Shown piece after piece: positions 56,147 through 64,000 of a DNA stretch of 64,000 nucleotides. A program made the position numbers and the translations under genes. Source of the stretch: Geopsychrobacteraceae bacterium (lineage in GTDB: Bacteria > Desulfobacterota > Desulfuromonadia > Desulfuromonadales > Geopsychrobacteraceae); the NCBI GenBank assembly GCA_963662315.1, contig OY759353.1:4480001-4544000 (forward strand), in the 5' to 3' direction. A model generated the notes under the pieces. The model searched no databases. It was not told the origin of the DNA and worked only from the letters and a program-made list of their open reading frames with translations. Numbering within the stretch: the first letter of the stretch is position 1; the number at the start of each line of letters is the position of its first letter.

Positions 56147-57307
56147 ATGTCCGTTTGGATCCATCATATAGAAACCATGACCCCCGATTATGTTTATCCT
56201 CAGGAATTTGCTTCGTTGAAGATGCAAAGTTGGCTGGAGGATGAAAAAATGGCCCGTATGGTGCGCGTTTTATACAAAAAGTCAGGGATTGATACCCGTT
56301 ACAGTGTTATCTCCAGTTTTGATGATAACCTGCCCGGGGACTTTTTCAGCCGCGATGAACAGGGGCGCAGACGCGAACCGACGACCGCGGTGCGTAATGA
56401 TATTTATGCCCGTGAATCGCGCCGGTTGGCGGTAAAATTGGCCCGCCAGGCAGTTGCTTCCTGTCCGGGGCTGACGCTGGCCGATATTACTCACGTGGTG
56501 ACCGTGTCGTGCACCGGTTTCAGTAATCCCGGAATTGATTATCATATTGTCAATGATCTGGGGCTGGTGCCGCAGACCCAGCGTTATAATATCGGGTTTA
56601 TGGGCTGCTATGCGGCGTTTCCCGGGTTACGTATGGCCCAGCAGTTTTGCCAGGCAAATCCCAAGGCCGTTGTCCTGGTTATGTGCCTGGAACTGTGCAC
56701 CCTGCATCTGCAGCTGAATGAACGTGAAGATACCATGCTGGCCAACTCGCTGTTCAGTGATGGCGCTGCCGCAGTATTGGTCAGTGCGCGCCCCTTGGCT
56801 TCCGGGCAAGCGGGCTATCGTCTTGGAGATTTCCGCAGTGATCTGATTCCGGATGGCCTGGCCGATATGGCCTGGTCGGTCGGTGATCACGGTTTTGATA
56901 TCGCCCTGTCGAGTTATGTTCCGAAAATCATCGGCGCGAACATCGTAGCGGCCATTAATCCGATGCTGAAAGAGAGTGGTCTTTCAGGAGTTGATATTGG
57001 TCACTGGGCCGTTCACCCTGGAGGGAAGGCGATTGTTGACAAGGTTGCTGACAGTCTGGAATTGCGGCCTGATCAGATCGCTCCGTCACGCACCGTGCTG
57101 CGTGATTACGGCAATATGAGCAGCGCCACGGTACTGTTCGTTCTCAAAGAAATCCTGGCGCAGCATGACAGTGGTGAAAGGGAGAATGTCTGTGCCATGG
57201 CGTTCGGCCCCGGACTGACTGTAGAGATGGGGCTGCTTGAAGCATATCGACCCGGTGTGGCACAAAAATCTGTGACTCGCCATGAGTCGGTTGCTGCTGA
57301 TTATTGA
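56147..57307 (+). CDS. Type III polyketide synthase
   Basis: Cys-His-Asn triad in FMGCYAA, WAVHPGG and YGNMSS; SGIDTR, TVSCTG, LFSDGAAA, AFGPGL. Confidence 0.95.
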   Translation: MSVWIHHIETMTPDYVYPQEFASLKMQSWLEDEKMARMVRVLYKKSGIDTRYSVISSFDDNLPGDFFSRDEQGRRREPTTAVRNDIYARESRRLAVKLARQAVASCPGLTLADITHVVTVSCTGFSNPGIDYHIVNDLGLVPQTQRYNIGFMGCYAAFPGLRMAQQFCQANPKAVVLVMCLELCTLHLQLNEREDTMLANSLFSDGAAAVLVSARPLASGQAGYRLGDFRSDLIPDGLADMAWSVGDHGFDIALSSYVPKIIGANIVAAINPMLKESGLSGVDIGHWAVHPGGKAIVDKVADSLELRPDQIAPSRTVLRDYGNMSSATVLFVLKEILAQHDSGERENVCAMAFGPGLTVEMGLLEAYRPGVAQKSVTRHESVAADY

Positions 57308-59606
57308 CCGCAAGAGAGGATTGTTTCCTGTGCTTTTCGATACCTGGTTGCGCTGGATCACCGGTCGTGGCAGATGGCCGGTTCTGGCCGTGTTGCTGTT
57401 GGTTACGATTTCTCTGGGGATGCCCCTGACGCGCTTGACGGTCGAGGGGGATCCACGCTCCATGACTTCTCAACTCCCGGACCAGCAACAACTCCACCAA
57501 CAATTGCTCAAGACCTTCGGTAACGATGAGACTCTGTTTCTGAGTGTTACGCCGCCGCAGCTGCAAAGTTCTGAAGGTATCCATCTTGTTGCTGAACTGA
57601 ATGCGCGGATTGGCCGTTTGCCAGGCGTGGCCCAGGTACTGAGTCTCACTTCTGCGCTGCAGCTGGTTCCGGGACGTTATGGCGCAGAGAGCAGACCGCT
57701 GTTACCCGGTGATGACGCTGGCGCAGATTGGCCTGCCTTGCTCAGGTCCGCGCTGGAGCAGAATCCGCAGTATAAAAATTTGCTGGTTTCACAGGATGGG
57801 CACAGTGCCGGATTCCTGATTCGACCCGTGTTGGGTCAGGCCGATAATGATCTGCCTGACTTGATCTCCAGGGTCCGCGAGGTGATGACGGATTATTCGG
57901 CTCAAGCACAGTTTCATCTGACCGGAGTTGCGGTCCAGAAGCATGATGTCGTCGCATTTATTCAGCGTGATCAACGGGTTGTCCTGCCCCTGGTGGTGGT
58001 TGTCCTCGGCGTGTTGCTGGCACTGATCTTTCGCCATATGACAGGTGTGCTCCTGCCGCTGCTAACAACGGGCATCAGTCTGATCTGGACATTGGGACTG
58101 TATGCCCTGGCCGGATTTGCCATGAACACCATCAGCTCCCTGTTGCCTCCTGTGGTGATGATTCTGAGTATTTCGAATGCCGTGCATCTTTACAATGGCT
58201 GGCTAATGCTTCCGGTTTCAGCTGACAATGACCTTTCCGCCTGGCAGCAGCGCGTCAAGGAACTTGCCGTGCCTTGTTTTCTTACCGCGTTAACGACGGC
58301 CCTCGGGTTAATGTCCCTGACGGTCAGTTCAATTCCGGCCGTGCGTCAGTTCGGATGGTTTGGAGCCATTGGAGTGCTCTTCTCGCTGGTTATCTCGCTG
58401 ACCTTTCTGCCGCTTGCCCTGACCTTTTTCCGCGTACCGCAAAAAAGCTACCGCAGAACAACGGGTGTGTTAGGCAAGGTGCTGAAGTCCATCTCGAACT
58501 TAACCCTCAACTATCCGTGGCTGATCATATTCGCTACCCTGTTATCGCTGTTATTGACCGTGATTGCCCTGCCGGAGGTGCAAAATAATACCCGTCTGAC
58601 CGGATTTTTCCGCGTGGATACTGACCTGGCCGTGGCCAGTACCTTTGTTGATGAACACTTCGGCGGTATTAACGCCTTGGAATTTCTGCTCGAAAAGAGC
58701 GATGGAACGGCTTTTCGACAACTCGACGATTTCCGGAAACTGGATATGTTTGCAGCAACTGCTCTTAAGCAGGAGGCGGTTCAGAAAGTTTTTTCTCCTT
58801 TACCTCTGTTGCGCCAACTACAGCGGGCCGAGACGGGTGAGGACAAGTTGATGCTACCCGAAAGCCAGGACGATCTTGACTATCTGTTAACCTTGCTGCA
58901 ACAGCCGGAGGCCGCTGCGATAGCCAGACAATTTATCAGTAACGACCATAAAACCGTGCGGCTGACGCTGCTTTTGAGTGATGTAGGCAGTCGAAAAGCG
59001 CTTGCCGTTGTCAATGATCTGCAGCGGAGCGGGAAAAGTATTTTTGGTGAGGCCTACACGCTGCTACCGACCGGGAGTTTTTACCAGGTTATCAGCGATT
59101 CCGGGCAATTGGTCAGCGCTATGTTGAAGAGTTTTGCGCTGTCGCTGGTGATGGTGATGATTGTTCTGCTGGGGTTACTGCGTAATTTACGCCTGACCCT
59201 GATCGCCCTGATTCCCAATATCATTCCGATTGTCTGGGTTCTGGGGGTGATGGGATGGACCGGAATAGATCTGAGTACCGGTACGGCGATGATTGGTGCC
59301 GTCGCTTTTGGCTTGGCCGTCGATGATACGATTCATTATCTGGTCAGTTTTAACCGGCTGCAGGGTCATTCTGTGGCTGAGCGTATTCGTTTGACAACAA
59401 CCCGGGTCGGGCGGGCTTTGGTTATTTCAACCGTCATTTTAGCCCTTGGCTTCTGGACCGGTTGTTTCGGTAGTTTCAAGCCAACAATCTATTTTTCATT
59501 CCTGGTCGGGGGTACGCTGTGTGGCGCGTTACTCTGTGATCTGCTGGTTTTACCGACCAGCCTGTTATTGTGGAGCCCTGTGGAGATCAAGGAGCGGCAG
59601 GTATGA
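57282..59606 (+). CDS. MMPL/RND-family lipid exporter
   Basis: Two repeats of TM + periplasmic domain + 5 TM; LTALTTALG..SL, IPAVRQFG, GLAVDDTIH. Confidence 0.9.
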   Translation: MSRLLLIIDRKRGLFPVLFDTWLRWITGRGRWPVLAVLLLVTISLGMPLTRLTVEGDPRSMTSQLPDQQQLHQQLLKTFGNDETLFLSVTPPQLQSSEGIHLVAELNARIGRLPGVAQVLSLTSALQLVPGRYGAESRPLLPGDDAGADWPALLRSALEQNPQYKNLLVSQDGHSAGFLIRPVLGQADNDLPDLISRVREVMTDYSAQAQFHLTGVAVQKHDVVAFIQRDQRVVLPLVVVVLGVLLALIFRHMTGVLLPLLTTGISLIWTLGLYALAGFAMNTISSLLPPVVMILSISNAVHLYNGWLMLPVSADNDLSAWQQRVKELAVPCFLTALTTALGLMSLTVSSIPAVRQFGWFGAIGVLFSLVISLTFLPLALTFFRVPQKSYRRTTGVLGKVLKSISNLTLNYPWLIIFATLLSLLLTVIALPEVQNNTRLTGFFRVDTDLAVASTFVDEHFGGINALEFLLEKSDGTAFRQLDDFRKLDMFAATALKQEAVQKVFSPLPLLRQLQRAETGEDKLMLPESQDDLDYLLTLLQQPEAAAIARQFISNDHKTVRLTLLLSDVGSRKALAVVNDLQRSGKSIFGEAYTLLPTGSFYQVISDSGQLVSAMLKSFALSLVMVMIVLLGLLRNLRLTLIALIPNIIPIVWVLGVMGWTGIDLSTGTAMIGAVAFGLAVDDTIHYLVSFNRLQGHSVAERIRLTTTRVGRALVISTVILALGFWTGCFGSFKPTIYFSFLVGGTLCGALLCDLLVLPTSLLLWSPVEIKERQV

Positions 59607-60199
59607 AAAATGTTTCAATTGTTTCGTGTTTGATGGTCATGATTTTCTCTAGCCTGTCACTCGCCTATAGCGGAGCCCCTGAAACAATTTTGCAAAGAGT
59701 TGTAGTTCCGTCCGCGGATGATCCGCATGGAGAAGTTCAGCTGTTGGTCCGCAGTCATGAGGTTGTTGTCAGAACGGTGCTTTACAGCCCGATACTGAAG
59801 CGGGTTGTCGTTGTTATTGATGATAAGGAACGCAAACGCTGGACTGAAGAGAGTAAGGGGTTTGTTGAGTCTCAGCGTTACCGGGACGCGCTGTTTGAAG
59901 CCACCGGACAGGTCTGGCAAAACTTTCGTGAACGCACCAACCGCGATGAAAAACGTCAGGCTCTTGCCATTGAATTTATCAGCTCTGGAGGGAAAAGCCG
60001 GGTGGCTTTGTTCCAACCGACTCTGGCCGGGGCCATCGGAGCGTTGCAGATTGTCGAGGGTACAGACCTGGCGCACTGGACCAGTAACGGTATTTACGTT
60101 CAGGAAAATATGGTCGAAATTCTTCACGAAAACTTTGATCTTGAGCGTGACGATGCTCGGGAACAACTGAATCATCTCGTCCGAGAGGAAAGACAATGA
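59603..60199 (+). CDS. Exported hypothetical protein
   Basis: AAGGAG SD, signal peptide ending SLA; ATGA overlaps with both neighbours. Confidence 0.75.
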   Translation: MKNVSIVSCLMVMIFSSLSLAYSGAPETILQRVVVPSADDPHGEVQLLVRSHEVVVRTVLYSPILKRVVVVIDDKERKRWTEESKGFVESQRYRDALFEATGQVWQNFRERTNRDEKRQALAIEFISSGGKSRVALFQPTLAGAIGALQIVEGTDLAHWTSNGIYVQENMVEILHENFDLERDDAREQLNHLVREERQ

Positions 60200-60942
60200 G
60201 CACAACGATGCAGAAAAAATTTTCTTTGAAAATTAAAGAACATATCGATTCGCCAGAAAGAAAAAAAGCCTACAACCAGGAGCATTTCAACGAAGCGGCC
60301 CGCCATTATGACTTTGCCACTAAGGCGATGTCCTTAGGGCGTGATACGGCCTGGAAGCGCCATCTCGTCAGGGCACTGCCCGTGCATAAGAGTCCAGTCT
60401 GTATCGATCTGGCCTGTGGTACCGGTGACGTAACCTTTATGGTTGCTGAAAAATATCCTGACGGGCAAGTGATCGGTGTCGATCTGACCCCCGCTATGCT
60501 TGACCTGGCTGAGCGACGAAATGCCTTTGGGCACGTTCAGTTTCTGCAGGGCGATATGGGAGCGCTGGTAGTTCCTGATGCCTCGGTTGATATTATAACC
60601 GGTAGTTACGCAGTGCGTAATGCTCCTGATCTGAAACAGGCCTTCACGGAGATGCACCGTATTTTAAAACCGGGTGGAGTTGTCGGGTTACTCGATTTTT
60701 CCAAGCCTGCCAGCCGTTGGTTTCAGTCGGTACAGTATGCTGTGCTGAAATACTGGTGCGGCTTTTGGGGACTGATGCTCCATGGCAATCCTGAAGTCCA
60801 TTCCTATATCTCTGCCAGCTTGCGCAGTTACCCAGACCGCGACAGTCTGCATCGTTTAGCGGTTGAAAGTGGGTTTGCCGTTCGCCAGAGTAAGCGTTTT
60901 TATCTTGGAACGCTGGAAATGCTAATCCTGGAAAAAAATTGA
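60196..60942 (+). CDS. UbiE/MenG-family SAM methyltransferase
   Basis: F...A..YD.....S.G.D..WK, DLACGTGD, GVDLT..ML, AVRN, LKPGG...LDFS.P, Y...S...YP. Confidence 0.9.
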   Translation: MSTTMQKKFSLKIKEHIDSPERKKAYNQEHFNEAARHYDFATKAMSLGRDTAWKRHLVRALPVHKSPVCIDLACGTGDVTFMVAEKYPDGQVIGVDLTPAMLDLAERRNAFGHVQFLQGDMGALVVPDASVDIITGSYAVRNAPDLKQAFTEMHRILKPGGVVGLLDFSKPASRWFQSVQYAVLKYWCGFWGLMLHGNPEVHSYISASLRSYPDRDSLHRLAVESGFAVRQSKRFYLGTLEMLILEKN

Positions 60943-60948
60943 AAATGT

Positions 60949-60977
60949 AAGCCCTCCGGAATCGTCGGAGGGCTTTT
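60949..60977 (+). terminator. Terminator of the PKS operon
   Basis: AAGCCCTCCG-N7-CGGAGGGCTT-TT. Confidence 0.8.
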
Positions 60978-61296
60978 AAACCGGGTACTGTGGAAAATTT
61001 GTTCGATTTAATAAAGGGATGTTTGCTTCAATGCGCATTCAGTTTATCGGCACGTGCTAACCCGGAGCCGATATGACCTGAATGATCAATAGAGTATAAA
61101 GTTTTAAATCGTTGTCCTTAAAAACTTAAAATACCGATGCAAAAGAATTCATTTCGCTTTGAAATGAGACATATCCATTGAGGAGAGAAAGGCAAAGGCC
61201 TGTGGTTAGACCTAGTATCTTACACAGTCATGGTGGAAGGGGATTGTTCGCGAATGATCATTAGACTGTGGCCAGATCGACAAAAGCGGGTTGCGG

Positions 61297-61339
61297 GCTA
61301 AAGCTCCGGAGGGGGTGATTCCTTCCTCCGGAGCTTAGC
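61297..61339. terminator. Hairpin after lipoprotein gene
   Basis: AAGCTCCGGAGG...CCTCCGGAGCTT. Confidence 0.6.
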
Positions 61340-61342
61340 ATG

Positions 61343-63094
61343 TCAGGGAACCGTAATATAGGTATTAAGACTACCGTCTGCATAAACCTTCACTGGCTGC
61401 TGAATCCAGCTACCCAGCGGTGAGGTGTAGGCACTGACGCCAATATCGCTGGCTGCACCGGCGGTGCGATATTCAACACCATCCAAAACAAAGATAAACT
61501 CAGAGGTCGCTCCCGAGAGCAGTAACCCATCATGCTTGCCGATAGCTTCCGATAGAATAAATGAGTAGATGCCATCGTTTGCCGTGCTGTCACAGTCGTT
61601 ACCATCATCATCAGCGGTGACTAAATTCCAATTCCAAGCGCTTCCTTTGACCTGAACTTTATTGGCATAATCAGTTCCCTGGAAGGGCAACGCGAGGTTG
61701 CTTGCATTTGCTGAAATATCGATGGTCAGGCACAGATCAATCGTGCCATGAGCTGCGATGCTCAGTCCCGTAGCATCAATCGCGCTGGTGGCTCCCGCAT
61801 TGACAGTAAAGGTCCCATTCGCTCCAGTCCAGATCCAGGCACCATCAGACCCATCGACTGAATTGCGGATCGCACCATACTCGAAGTACTGTGTATTTGT
61901 GTTTGAAACCCAGACAGTCACTCCCCAAATATGGTCACCAGCGGAGGCTCCTTCTGGTTCGTGCCCACCGGATGTCCATGGACCATCATCATATAGCATG
62001 GCGTAGGGACCACCCCAACTACCGTTAAATGAGAGGATGCGCGTGGCAGGGCTGAAGCTGAAGGAGCCTTTCCATGCGAGTCCGTCGCTGTTGTCATAGG
62101 TCTGGTTTGCTGAGTCATCGATAGTGAAGTTCACGGCAACATGGTTGGCGGGTGGCGCAAACTGGGTAGATATGGTAACCGTGTCGATACTGCTGGTCGC
62201 TGTCCCATCATCAACCGTGAGACTGAACACGTAGTCACCATAAACATCAGCAGTAAAATTTGGATTGACAGCGGTTGCGTCAAAAAGGTTTGCGCTACTA
62301 CCGGTAGGAGCACTGGTCAATGACCAGTTATAAACTAAAAGGTCGCCATCCGCATCACTGCTTGAACTGCCATCTAATGTGACCAGATCTCCTACATTAA
62401 CATTTTGACCCGGTCCGGCATTGGCTACCGGAGTTGAATTGGTTGTGGCTGCCGTAATGATAACAGTATCTGTTGCACTGTCAATGGCTCCATCATTTAC
62501 AATCAGTTGAATCTCATACGTCCCGTCCAGATCTGCGGTAAAGGTCGGAGCCTGAATAATCGAGCTTGAAAGAGTTGATGTACTGCCGGTAGGAGCGTTG
62601 ATTATCGACCATGCGTAACTCAGGGAATCGCCATCGGCATCACTGCTGCCGCTGGCGTCAAGAGTGACGGTTGCACCGGTAGCAACATTTTGGTCTGTAC
62701 CGGCGTTGGCGATTGGTGCGGCATTAGCTGATGCCGCCGTGACAACGATAACATCCTCAGCACTGTCATCCTCGCCATCGTTGACGACCAGACTAATCTC
62801 ATATGTTCCTACCTGGTCGGCAGTGAATGTTGGTCGCACTATGGTTTGATCAGAAAGGTTTGCCGCGCTGCCGGCAGGGGCTGATACAATCAGCCAGTTG
62901 TAGGATAGAATATCTCCATCCCTATCGGTACTGCTGGAACCATCAAGAGTTATCAGTGTGTTGACAATGACGCTTTGATCTGCACCGGCATTTGCGACCG
63001 GGGCATGGTTGGTTGAAGAGGAATCATCATCACTGCAAGCTGTCAATATACACAGCATGATAACGATAGTCAGAAGCTGAAATGTTTTTTTCAT
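61343..63094 (-). CDS. Lipoprotein with three PKD/K319L-like Ig repeats and C-terminal DDG-motif (choice-of-anchor X-like) domains
   Basis: Lipobox LTAC; 3x P.ANAG.DQ.V.....TLD.S.S.D.DGD.L.Y.W....AP.GS; LYDDG..AGD.IW and DDG.D...ANDGIYS. Confidence 0.85.
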   Translation of the reverse strand: MKKTFQLLTIVIMLCILTACSDDDSSSTNHAPVANAGADQSVIVNTLITLDGSSSTDRDGDILSYNWLIVSAPAGSAANLSDQTIVRPTFTADQVGTYEISLVVNDGEDDSAEDVIVVTAASANAAPIANAGTDQNVATGATVTLDASGSSDADGDSLSYAWSIINAPTGSTSTLSSSIIQAPTFTADLDGTYEIQLIVNDGAIDSATDTVIITAATTNSTPVANAGPGQNVNVGDLVTLDGSSSSDADGDLLVYNWSLTSAPTGSSANLFDATAVNPNFTADVYGDYVFSLTVDDGTATSSIDTVTISTQFAPPANHVAVNFTIDDSANQTYDNSDGLAWKGSFSFSPATRILSFNGSWGGPYAMLYDDGPWTSGGHEPEGASAGDHIWGVTVWVSNTNTQYFEYGAIRNSVDGSDGAWIWTGANGTFTVNAGATSAIDATGLSIAAHGTIDLCLTIDISANASNLALPFQGTDYANKVQVKGSAWNWNLVTADDDGNDCDSTANDGIYSFILSEAIGKHDGLLLSGATSEFIFVLDGVEYRTAGAASDIGVSAYTSPLGSWIQQPVKVYADGSLNTYITVP

Positions 63095-63317
63095 TTTTCT
63101 CTCCATTCTATTGTTGAAATTTAATTATTGTTAAGTAACGGAATGTAGCAAATAGTTACGGTCGCACTTATTAAAGTCAAGTAAAAAGTGTGGAAATGCA
63201 GCCAATGGAGAATACCTCATACCTATGCTTCATTTATAATAGTGCGAGATGAATGCCTATTCAGCTGCTGAAAACCTATAAGCTTTGCACTGGCAAGGTT
63301 TAAAAACGGTATAGAAT

Positions 63318-64000
63318 CACTACTGTCTCATAGTTTCAAATAAACGATAACTGCTTGTCATATAATGGTATTTTTTGTTTGGTGGTAAGAACAGCTCTTT
63401 GAAATCGCGTCGATCGAACAAGTTTAGCTGTAATATTCGTAACATCTGCTGCATGGAGCGTTCGACCTTCGACTGGTATTTCAGGAACGCCAGCACCAGA
63501 TAGGCACACAAGGCAATCCAGATCTGTGTCATCACGGCATTGCGGGATGTGCCTAAAAAGCTCTTGATGCGCAGGTTTTGCTTGATCCATTTAAAGAACA
63601 GCTCAATCTGCCAGCGTTCTTTGTACAATTCAGCGACCGTTGCCGCTGGAATGTCCAGCGCATTGGTCACGAATTCGTAAGTGATGTCGGTCTCCGCATC
63701 CAGATACACGACCTTGCGGAAGGATCCGTTGATGCCTTGCAGTTGAATCTGTTGATCCAAGAGGACTCCTAGACTTTTCCGGCCCCGACGCTTCTTGCCT
63801 GGAATGGTGACCGCATTGCTTTTCAGCCGAGCGACAAAACGAATGCCATCTTTCGTGAGCTCCTGATACCATGTGTAGTCCGTGTAGCCCCGGTCGAAAA
63901 CAACGTAGGAGCCCTTGGGAAAATTCAGAAGTCTGGCTCTCTTGATTTCATGCTCCTTGCCTTCGGTCAGATCGACAAAGGCTGGCAAATAGCCATCTGC
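63318..64000 (-). mobile_element. IS4-family element, truncated by the window edge
   Basis: End sequence CACTACTGTC at 63318 matches the other IS4 TIR start. Confidence 0.9.
63320..64000 (-). CDS. IS4-family transposase, C-terminal part
   Basis: FDRGYTDY, FVTN, YKERWQIELFFKWIKQNL.IKSF.G.S.NAV; a different IS from 12602-13922. Confidence 0.9.
   Translation of the reverse strand, partial: ADGYLPAFVDLTEGKEHEIKRARLLNFPKGSYVVFDRGYTDYTWYQELTKDGIRFVARLKSNAVTIPGKKRRGRKSLGVLLDQQIQLQGINGSFRKVVYLDAETDITYEFVTNALDIPAATVAELYKERWQIELFFKWIKQNLRIKSFLGTSRNAVMTQIWIALCAYLVLAFLKYQSKVERSMQQMLRILQLNLFDRRDFKELFLPPNKKYHYMTSSYRLFETMRQ

Noticed and set aside
60980..61290. c-di-GMP riboswitch or ANTAR site near GGCAAAGGCC (~61191)
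   Set aside because: The region lies between convergent genes and lacks the remaining conserved elements.
62150..63010. Repeat array or CRISPR-like periodicity
   Set aside because: The periodicity is explained by three protein-coding PKD repeats; no identical direct repeats with spacers anywhere in the window.

Overview
A 64 kb bacterial chromosomal window. Gene content and repeat style suggest an anaerobic, diazotrophic Desulfuromonadales/Geobacter-like deltaproteobacterium (inference). From left to right: (1) a long sigma54/ANTAR-attenuated leader for a gene starting just left of base 1; (2) a nitrogen-control island with an FKBP PPIase, a macrodomain protein, draG, draT, an ANTAR response regulator, two glnK-amtB pairs and a GAF-PAS kinase; (3) a glucosylglycerate set (GH13_18 phosphorylase, GpgS, GpgP), each unit with a sigma54 box, separated by a complete IS4 element and a NikR-box nikKMLQO transporter; (4) two back-to-back cobalamin riboswitches controlling cysG and a ~17.5 kb anaerobic cobamide operon with tandem cobT, a cobD-cobQ fusion, two cbiL, and no cbiT or dedicated Co chelatase; (5) a peroxiredoxin, OsmC and a TIGR01212-like radical SAM gene; (6) an alpha-glucan locus with GH57, a GalT-like gene and a 1543-aa GH13::glycogen synthase fusion; (7) a sigma54-driven type III PKS cluster (FAD monooxygenase, HK/EBP, receiver, YceI, PKS, MMPL, secreted unknown, UbiE-like methyltransferase), the best candidate for an undescribed system (exported alkylresorcinol/alkylquinone); (8) a PKD-repeat lipoprotein and a partial second IS4. 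No rRNA, tRNA or CRISPR array was seen. All calls come from motif reading by eye; no database search was run.
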